A program made the translations under genes and the position numbers. Below the pieces are notes generated by a model. It did not search any database, was not told the origin of the DNA, and worked only from the letters and a program-made list of their open reading frames with translations. Shown here one piece after another: positions 11,948-19,166 of a DNA stretch of 64,000 nucleotides; positions within the stretch are counted from its first letter, which is position 1, and each line of letters opens with the position of its first letter. The DNA lies in assembly GCA_000165345.1 (NCBI GenBank), contig CM000434.1:1056001-1120000 (forward strand), given 5' to 3'.

Positions 11948-12289
11948 ATAGGTACTGCTTTATTCTACAAACTCAATTTCTTTATTAATATTTATCTTTA
12001 TATAATGAATTTTGTATTTTACATGTTTCGGCGCCAGTTACATTTTCCACACCACTTCTTTTTAAATATCTTTTGATATGTGGGGTAGTAATGAGATTCT
12101 TAATTAATATTGGATTTTTTTAAATGCTTGTATGGAAGTTTCAGCCATAGAGGCTTTCATATCAGAGTGAGTTGATCCGGGTTGCACTTTTTTCTTTATT
12201 AATTTGAAATCGGAAAGGAGGACTTGAGTCATTTTGGTTCTTGAGCCAGTATATAACTTTATTCTTTTAGTGAAGCCGAATACTAGTTA

Positions 12290-12362
12290 GCACTCGTGGC
12301 GCAATGGATAGCGCGTAGCCCTCCTAAGGCTGAGGTTGAGGGTTCGAGTCCCTCCGAGTGCG
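12290..12362 (+). tRNA. tRNA-Arg (anticodon CCU), 73 nt, no intron
   Basis: The sequence folds as a cloverleaf: acceptor stem GCACTCG/CGAGTGC, D-stem GCGC/GCGC with loop AATGGATA, and anticodon stem TAGCC/GGCTG with loop CTCCTAA. The anticodon CCT is at 12323-12325. The variable loop is AGGTT, the T-stem GAGGG/CCCTC with loop TTCGAGT, and the discriminator G. The internal A box (TGGCGCAATGG) and B box (GGTTCGAGTCC) are present, and a T-run (ttattttttc) follows within 10 nt as a Pol III terminator. The overlapping 101-aa track ORF on the minus strand is spurious. Confidence 0.85.
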
Positions 12363-12799
12363 CTTTCTTTATTTTTTCTCTTTGCCAGAACTTTTTTGAA
12401 TTTAATTAGGAAAAGTTGTAAAGGCGGTTTTTTTTTAAATAAAATTAACTTCGGGTGCATAAGACCATCGAAATTTGGACTAGTATAATATATACCAGAT
12501 CCGTTGGCATATTTTTTCCTCCCAAAGCCATCTTCTTGCAAAATTGTCTCGAATGACCACACTACTAAGCTTATACAGTGTAAGAAAGGCAATGAGTAGA
12601 GAAGCTCACTAAGAATAGTAATATAAAGCAGAAAATTGCAGTTAATACGAAAGGGTCATACAATATTATTACGAAAGAGAAGATACAAAGTAAAGAGAGA
12701 GTTTAGATTCTTTCTTATATAAGCAAAATATTTAATCAAGGATATCTTTAAATTTATATATATATTTATTTATTTATAAATATCTTTTAATTAAAGAAA

Positions 12800-13441
12800 A
12801 TGAGTATTTCGAATAGAATTCCTGAAATACAGCCAATTTATGAAAGAAACCAGGAAGCCACACTGTATTGTGGGAATTTAGAAAACAAAGTAGATGAAGA
12901 AATGCTAGCGGAGCTATTTTCACAGTGTGGGCCTGTAAAATCAGTTCATATTCCAAGAGATAAAGTAACAGGACATCATTCGGGGTTCGGTTTTATTGAG
13001 TTTGAATTTGTTTCAGATGTTGAGTATGCACAAAAGGTAATGAACTCAATAAAGCTATTTACTAAACAAATCAGGTGCTGCAAAGCTTCAAACGACAGGA
13101 AGCCGCTGGATATTGGGGCAAATTTATATGTTGGAAACTTATCTCCGGAAATAGATGAGAAATTCCTCTTTTATCTGTTTTCTAATTTTGGCAAGATCTT
13201 GTCACTAAAGATTGTAGGCAATGATCAAAGCAGTCAAAGCCCTAAAAATAGTGCTTTTATAAACTTTTCGTCATTTCAGGAGTCTGATTCCGCCATTCAA
13301 GCTCTAAATGGCCAGTTCTTCTGCAACCAACAAATCTCAGTTTCTTATGCATTTAAACAAAATTCTAAAAACGAAAAGCATGGTAACTACGCTGAAAGAC
13401 TATTGGAATCCAAGTCAAAGACCAAACCCATACAAGAATGA
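12800..13441 (+). CDS. SF3B4: Splicing factor 3b subunit 4 (SF3B4/SAP49/Hsh49), two RRMs, 213 aa
   Basis: ATG at 12800. It matches the SF3B4 family almost colinearly: ERNQEATLYCGNLENKVDEEMLAELFSQCGPV, RDKVTGHHSGFGFIEFEFVSDVEYA, GANLYVGNLSPEIDEKFLFYLFSNFG and AIQALNGQFFCNQQISVSYAFKQNSKNEKHG. These include RNP1/RNP2 of both RRMs and the characteristic C-terminal SYAFKK. Confidence 0.85.
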   Translation: MSISNRIPEIQPIYERNQEATLYCGNLENKVDEEMLAELFSQCGPVKSVHIPRDKVTGHHSGFGFIEFEFVSDVEYAQKVMNSIKLFTKQIRCCKASNDRKPLDIGANLYVGNLSPEIDEKFLFYLFSNFGKILSLKIVGNDQSSQSPKNSAFINFSSFQESDSAIQALNGQFFCNQQISVSYAFKQNSKNEKHGNYAERLLESKSKTKPIQE

Positions 13442-13463
13442 CAATGTGGGGTTGCCGCCTACC

Positions 13464-13508
13464 ACGTGTCAATTGCATGCATGCGTGTTTGCTTGCAAAC
13501 ACCGGTAT
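13464..13508. promoter_or_regulatory. Composite palindromic motif module between two convergent 3' ends: CACGTG, TGCATGCATGC, GTGTTTGC-TT-GCAAACAC and ACCGGTAT
   Basis: CACGTG is at 13464-13469. TGCATGCATGC is at 13474-13484. An 8+2+8 inverted repeat lies at 13485-13502. ACCGGTAT is at 13501-13508. All sit in the 180-bp spacer between the SF3B4 stop and the Sey1-like stop. Confidence 0.5.
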
Positions 13509-13621
13509 TTGATTTGCGAAATAGATTTTTAATGTGGATAGCACATGAATTAAAAGGCGAATTAGTAATATATATATATAATTAGTTGGATAGTTATTAA
13601 ATAATTGAGTTTTTTTCTAAT

Positions 13622-16600
13622 CTAAAAAATAAATGTCCTTACTGCATTTGAAGATTTATTTTGGTTCTTAAGTTTCTCTCTCAGAGAAGGTGATGCAACG
13701 GGGGAGTTTGAGTTGGTGACTTTTTGCCTAGGTGAAATCTCTGGCCCCCGTTTCTCTTGAAATGAATTGGGTTTTAACACGGAATTTGAGTCGAGGTTAC
13801 CACTTTTAAAGTTTAGACTAATATAGACTATGGCACATGTTAGCCCGACTGAAATAGCAAATATAAGCGTAATATTGTGTTTAATGTAATAAAGAGTGAA
13901 TCTTGAAATACCAAAGTATACAAAAAGGTCTGACAGGTGATGTGAGATGGTTTCGCCAGCAACTCCAAGCTCTATTGAAGAAAATAGCAGTACTGAAGCA
14001 ATAAATGATAGAAATACTACTCCTAATACTAGCTTGGAGTTATTTTTAAAGAGGGTAATAAAAGTAATTATTGTGAATATAAGTGAATAAAGTAAATATC
14101 GCACAATCATGAAAATCTGGTTCCTTACAAATCCTTTTCGAATCCCAGAAAGGTCCATTTCTATCCAAAGCTCAACGACTCTATCTTTAGTTTTGCTGTC
14201 TAAATTAATGGAGCCCCAATTATCAGAGTCTTCAAGAGAGTTTTGAGCTAAAATTGTGGCTTCTCTTACAAAGTTCATCCAATTATAATGTTGTTTGGCA
14301 ATTTCTATTGCATTTTTGAGAGCGTATTTGAGAGGTCTATGGAGTAAGTTCTTAAGAGCTATTAAATTCTCCTTCATCAGCTGCTCTTTATCATCCTCTA
14401 TTACGTTCATAAGCTCCATTAAGGCATCTTTCCAGGATTCCTCATTTGAGCAGTATATACCATTCATCTCTTTAATCACGTTATCCTTTAAATCTTCGAA
14501 AGATTCTAAAATTACAGAATCAACTATGGGAAGGGTCAATTTATTTCTTATTGAGATGTTTTTTCTAATTGCAATGGATTTAGCAAAGTTGTATGAGTAC
14601 TTTCTACAAACTTTCTTCCAGTCTACCATTTTTCTTTCAATAAATTCATCCAGTTCTGAGTTAAGCCTCTTCCAGTATTTTAAATGAAGATCAGTCTCAT
14701 TAATTATGGTAATGTGGGTATTAAAAACAAGTTTGGACGAATTCTTCATTTTCTCCAACTTCTTTTCAAAGTCTTCCTTGCTAACTTTGTAATAAGAATC
14801 GTCCACTTCTTCTAGAGATCTAATCACATTCAAAGCTTGTTCGAAGTCATCTAGTAAAATCTTCTCAATCTCTTCTTGGTTCCTCTTTTTAAGTTTTGAA
14901 AGAGCTGATTCAATCTTTTCTTGGGTTAATGACCCATCAATATTACAACAAGGACTATTTCTATAGGAACTTATATCAGACTCAAAACTTCCAAAAGATT
15001 TATTTAAGGCCATTTCTATATCATTCAGCGTACTAGCTACCAAATTATTGGTAAATTCTATCAGCATAGATTGCGGAATTGGAATCTTCTCATGGAACTG
15101 CTCAATCTGGTGGGTTGCATGAGAAATATGGATATCAATTACATCACTACAGTGAGATCTTATTAGTTCACAATTTTTACTTAAGATAGACTTATACTGC
15201 TTCTCGAAGTGAGGTTGGACACTCTTTAGCAAGCTACTAAAGTCAAAATAGTCAAACTCCGAAATGGATGACCAATATGATTCGATATCTTTCAAAGTTT
15301 TGTTATATATTGCATCAGCTTCTATCTCCAGTAAAGGATATATATTCTCATTCAAAAGTTGGTTTTCTAACCTAGTACCAAAAATAAGTAATGTATTCTC
15401 GACCAAGTTACTTGTTTTAAGATCGCCTTTTGTAATCCCAAGGTTCAAAGATTTAAATGAATTGAAAATATACGAATGTTCAGAAAATAGTTCCAGTAAA
15501 TCTGCAATTTCTGCTCCAGTTAATCTACGTTCCTCACCTGAGCTAGGCTTAAAGATATCTAAAAATATGGATCTATTGTTTCCTTTCCCAAATTGATGAT
15601 CTTGATCTCGATCAAGATCATCAATTTTATTTTGGTACCGGTACCCATTATATTTTTTTTCAGTTCCGAAATATGGAATTTTATAAAAATTGAATCTTTC
15701 AATAAATGAATCAAGGTTTTTAAATATCTTACTTTGGGATGTTTCTGGCCAAATATACTTTTCTAATTTAGACTTGAGCAAGTCTTTATATTTTCTAGAA
15801 AACTTTGCTGGTTCTTGTTCATCCTTTAAATCAAGATTCCTGTGTAGAATCCAAGAAATATTTGTTTTATGAAGATTCTCAACCAAAAAAATGAGGTTTT
15901 TCTTTAAGCTCTTTTTATTCGGGATACTTGACTCATTGAGTTTTCTTACAAATAAGCTAGAAAACATCACTGCTTTACTGATTAAAAGCCTTGTGAAGTC
16001 AATAAGCAGGATATCTATCTCATTAATTGAATTAACTAAGACATAATCTGAAAGAATAAGAGACAGTATTGCTAATTTAATTGACGAGTTGATCCCCCTC
16101 CCAATTACTAAAGACTCAGTATCCAAAAGAATATAATCATTATTTCTTGAAGAATTAGCAAATATGGATCCATCTCCATTAGCTTGGACCCATCTAACTC
16201 CATCAGATTCCTTCTCATTTACATCTTCAAAGGATGGTGACTCTCCTGAAATCAAGCTAACCAAAGTTGTTTTTCCAGATCTGGTCAGACCTAATGATAA
16301 AACAAATGAAACTGGAGATTCAATTTTTCTAATTTTTTCAATGGATTCAATAGGTATCTTAATATTACCTTCATGATCAATCTCAAATAGCTTATAATGT
16401 TGTTTGTCTGAAATTGGCTGATTATTACTCACTCCAAACAAACTAACAGCTACCACACAGAAGGAGATAACAAACTGGAAGAATGATCTTCTCATCTGCA
16501 GTAACTCTATTGTATCTAAGAAAACTGGCCTAGGGGTCTTTTTGACTAAAGGCCTCTTTTTTACCCCCCCCAATTTACATTTACTTCTAAAAGGATCAAA

Positions 16601-16729
16601 TCCCAATCTTAAAACCCAAATATAATTCAAATCCAAAAAGTATACAAAACTAGAGCATAACCAATTTGCAATCTCACAATAGCAATCATCAAAAAATGAT
16701 GAGAAAAATAAAAATTGGGATCCCCCCAT
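13622..16729 (-). CDS. Sey1/RHD3-type large membrane GTPase (atlastin/GBP dynamin-like superfamily), 1035 aa from the first ATG
   Basis: Family motifs are present in order: P-loop GLTRSGKTTLVSLISG, switch region DGVRWV (compare TKGIW), LLDTESL (compare LLDTEG/MDVEG), and NSSIKLAILSLILSDYVLVNS (compare the Sey1/GBP SALFALAtlLSSvliYNs block). A long helical middle domain follows, then three hydrophobic segments near the C-terminus (IFMIVRYLLYSLIFTIITFITLF, LVLGVVFLSFIASVLLFSSI, LIFAISVGLTCAIVYISL) and a Ser-rich tail. The ATG at 16729 is genuine. A second in-frame ATG about 235 nt downstream, near 16495, gives MRRSFFQFVISFCVVAVSLFGVS, which looks like a signal peptide. Start choice is therefore uncertain. 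Confidence 0.7.
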   Translation of the reverse strand: MGGSQFLFFSSFFDDCYCEIANWLCSSFVYFLDLNYIWVLRLGFDPFRSKCKLGGVKKRPLVKKTPRPVFLDTIELLQMRRSFFQFVISFCVVAVSLFGVSNNQPISDKQHYKLFEIDHEGNIKIPIESIEKIRKIESPVSFVLSLGLTRSGKTTLVSLISGESPSFEDVNEKESDGVRWVQANGDGSIFANSSRNNDYILLDTESLVIGRGINSSIKLAILSLILSDYVLVNSINEIDILLIDFTRLLISKAVMFSSLFVRKLNESSIPNKKSLKKNLIFLVENLHKTNISWILHRNLDLKDEQEPAKFSRKYKDLLKSKLEKYIWPETSQSKIFKNLDSFIERFNFYKIPYFGTEKKYNGYRYQNKIDDLDRDQDHQFGKGNNRSIFLDIFKPSSGEERRLTGAEIADLLELFSEHSYIFNSFKSLNLGITKGDLKTSNLVENTLLIFGTRLENQLLNENIYPLLEIEADAIYNKTLKDIESYWSSISEFDYFDFSSLLKSVQPHFEKQYKSILSKNCELIRSHCSDVIDIHISHATHQIEQFHEKIPIPQSMLIEFTNNLVASTLNDIEMALNKSFGSFESDISSYRNSPCCNIDGSLTQEKIESALSKLKKRNQEEIEKILLDDFEQALNVIRSLEEVDDSYYKVSKEDFEKKLEKMKNSSKLVFNTHITIINETDLHLKYWKRLNSELDEFIERKMVDWKKVCRKYSYNFAKSIAIRKNISIRNKLTLPIVDSVILESFEDLKDNVIKEMNGIYCSNEESWKDALMELMNVIEDDKEQLMKENLIALKNLLHRPLKYALKNAIEIAKQHYNWMNFVREATILAQNSLEDSDNWGSINLDSKTKDRVVELWIEMDLSGIRKGFVRNQIFMIVRYLLYSLIFTIITFITLFKNNSKLVLGVVFLSFIASVLLFSSIELGVAGETISHHLSDLFVYFGISRFTLYYIKHNITLIFAISVGLTCAIVYISLNFKSGNLDSNSVLKPNSFQEKRGPEISPRQKVTNSNSPVASPSLREKLKNQNKSSNAVRTFIF

Positions 16730-16930
16730 TTGGTTGGGAAAATGATATTATGAATTTCCAGTATGGCGGGAACATTTTTGGGAAAAAAAAATCCAAATGC
16801 CAAATTTATTTGTTATCAAACTAAGGAGAAACAGAGAGGCGATTTTTGTAGGGTTTTGAGATTAATATAGACCAAAAATAGAGGAAAACTCGCCCGATCT
16901 GACTTTTTAATTGATGTATGCTTGTAAGGA

Positions 16931-18880
16931 ATGAGCTCGGCAAATGCTAAGAGCTCCATTTCAAGTGGTCCTGTAAAAAGTGATTCCATCAATGATGATA
17001 CGAGGATTGAGGCAGAGCTCGTACAACGAGGGAATTTAGTTGGGGAGGCATCACTGGAATGGTCTCTTAATTTTCTGACTCGAAATTGTGATTTTTTAAA
17101 TGAAAGATCAATGTCTCCACTTTCAATTTACGCAGTCCATGTATGGACGGGATCACAGAATTGTGAATTTGCTAATAAGCTTTCTTTTCAAGGAAAGATA
17201 AGAAATATGTTGTTTAAGTTGTTAATTCATCCTGTTCACGAGTTAGTAAACAATTTAAAGACTAATGCTTATTATATTGCAGCTTTGAGTTCCAAAAAAC
17301 CTTTTGATTTTGAACAAAATATGTCCTCACATGGGCTTGAGATCCCCTTAATATCGGGAAAATACTTTGATGGAGATTTTATTCTGAACCAGATGAAGTG
17401 GATCTACAAGTTGTTCCATAATAAAGAGGAGGATGTAGGAAAGCTGTCATTAGAACTCGAAGAAGACGATGAGTTTTTTGATATTACGTTTTCAGATGAT
17501 TTAATAGAGTTTAGCAAGGTTTTCAGCTCAAAGTTGATTTTTCATTGGCTAACTCACCATATTCTCACAAACTTTTTGTATAATCCTAACGGTCCTATTT
17601 CTCTTCTAAGCTTCAACATTCTAATTGAAAAGCTTTCACCCTTCTTTTCCAAATATACAGAGTGCTCACAAATTATGTACTCGGATATTATTGCCTTTTT
17701 TGACTCTGTTTGTGGGATTTGGAGAAATATGAAGGAGAAAAATATCAACAACTTGCTTTCAGTTGCTAATTGTTTAGAAAAATATACTTCAGAGAGCGAA
17801 ACCTTCATGAAATGTCTTACTGATGTTGTTTTAAAGCACTCCCTTGATGAGTTACTTGACAATCTTTCTGAGTTTATTATTGCAATTAATGACGCACTTT
17901 CATGTACAAATTTACATGCACCACTGCCCAGCTCAGCCCGCTCAAACACGTCATCTATGGAGGATAACAAAAAAAAAACAATTCCCCCTGACGTGGATCC
18001 CAAGGAACCATTTAATTCAATTTTTGAGGCAACTGGGTTTGAGCGAGCTGTGTCGGTTTGCAGAGAGTTTCCAGATTTGTTGAGACCCAAGGCGAGGTAC
18101 AGTGAAAAGGTCGTCAAGACGACGCAATTGGTTTTGAACTACTGTTTAAGAAATAACCTAGCAGACCTTAAGTATATAAGGAATATGGGCCACAGAAAAA
18201 AGATAGATGGGGAAAGCTCTAGTGATACTTCAGATTCTCGAAGCAGGGCTAGCTCCTTTCAGGAATTAGACAACAAAAGTTTAGAGGAACAGAATACTGT
18301 TTTGGATGAGAGTGAGGCAATCAGACAATATTTAGCTGGTGGTACATCAAAAAATAGTTTGAATAGTTCTAGTAATGAGAGAAGTAGAGTTCTTTTAGAG
18401 AAGAGTAGCTTGAAGAGGAAAAGCCTTTTTAAGGACGATGACCTAATAGAGTCTGAAAGGCCAAAGAGGTTGAATTTGTATTCAAATGATAAGGGCAAGA
18501 CTGGGAGAAAAATTTCCGTAAGGGGAATTTCTGAGAGCTCAGATTCATCTGAAGACTTTACCCCAAAGCCAATAGTTTCTGAAAAGAGAAGAAACGATGA
18601 GCAGCAATCTGTTCCAAAAAGAGCCCCCAATAAAAGAGCTTCAGCAAGTCCCAATACTGGAGTCTCAAGACAATACCGTCGTTGGAGTGATGAGGAGACA
18701 AGCTTGCTTATTGATGGTGTTAATAAGTTTGGATTAGGAAAATGGAGAATCATCCTAGCTACCTCCAAGTTGACCAACCGTGATGAAGTGGGGCTCAAAG
18801 ATCGTTGGAGGAATCTTGTCAAGGGTGGTCATGTTACTTGGGATCCACAAACTAAGATGTATCGCTCTGTTAAAGGATAG
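16931..18880 (+). CDS. Myb/SANT 'telobox' protein with a single C-terminal TRF-like Myb domain, 649 aa
   Basis: ATG at 16931. The C-terminus RQYRRWSDEETSLLIDGVNKFGLGKWRIILATSKLTNRDEVGLKDRWRNLVKG matches the TRF1/TRF2/Tbf1/Taz1/plant-TRB Myb domain (W..EE...L..GV.K.G.G.W..IL........R......LKDRWRN). This includes the diagnostic LKDRWR telobox helix. The N-terminal 480 aa are helical with no recognised catalytic motif. A Ser/Lys-rich linker carries KRRN/KR basic clusters. Confidence 0.7.
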   Translation: MSSANAKSSISSGPVKSDSINDDTRIEAELVQRGNLVGEASLEWSLNFLTRNCDFLNERSMSPLSIYAVHVWTGSQNCEFANKLSFQGKIRNMLFKLLIHPVHELVNNLKTNAYYIAALSSKKPFDFEQNMSSHGLEIPLISGKYFDGDFILNQMKWIYKLFHNKEEDVGKLSLELEEDDEFFDITFSDDLIEFSKVFSSKLIFHWLTHHILTNFLYNPNGPISLLSFNILIEKLSPFFSKYTECSQIMYSDIIAFFDSVCGIWRNMKEKNINNLLSVANCLEKYTSESETFMKCLTDVVLKHSLDELLDNLSEFIIAINDALSCTNLHAPLPSSARSNTSSMEDNKKKTIPPDVDPKEPFNSIFEATGFERAVSVCREFPDLLRPKARYSEKVVKTTQLVLNYCLRNNLADLKYIRNMGHRKKIDGESSSDTSDSRSRASSFQELDNKSLEEQNTVLDESEAIRQYLAGGTSKNSLNSSSNERSRVLLEKSSLKRKSLFKDDDLIESERPKRLNLYSNDKGKTGRKISVRGISESSDSSEDFTPKPIVSEKRRNDEQQSVPKRAPNKRASASPNTGVSRQYRRWSDEETSLLIDGVNKFGLGKWRIILATSKLTNRDEVGLKDRWRNLVKGGHVTWDPQTKMYRSVKG

Positions 18881-18950
18881 CTGTTACTTTTTAGGCTTCA
18901 TTTTCACTTAGATGAAGTTAATTCGTTCTTTTCTGTTATTTGACTGTGGG

Positions 18951-19024
18951 GTTGGCGCCTTTGCATGTATTATTTCACGATAATAATTTGTCGCGCCCCC
19001 GAGATTGCATGCATGCATGCATGC
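18951..19024. promoter_or_regulatory. GGCGCC + TTGCATG + (GCAT)4.5 tandem TGCATGCA array upstream of gene 19167
   Basis: ggttggcgcc is at 18951-18960. ttgcatg is at 18961-18967. tgcatgcatgcatgcatgc is at 19006-19024, 145 bp upstream of the ATG at 19167. Confidence 0.5.
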
Positions 19025-19166
19025 GGTGATGTTCTAAAATTAGTTTTTCGAGAAATGAAAGCAATGATTAGCTGCATATCATCATTAATCTGCAGTATTT
19101 ATGAGCATCTTGAGTAAGAAACAGCTTTGCTCACACAATTTTTCGTGAGTTAAAATAGAATTAAGG

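Noticed and set aside
12287-12592. 101-aa minus-strand ORF from the track
   Set aside because: It overlaps the tRNA-Arg gene and its flanks, has low-complexity translation and no ATG support, so it is spurious.
17554-18822. Two 187-aa minus-strand ORFs and a 79-aa plus-strand ORF inside the Myb gene
   Set aside because: They are antisense or alternate-frame ORFs within a well-supported sense gene, with no domain content.
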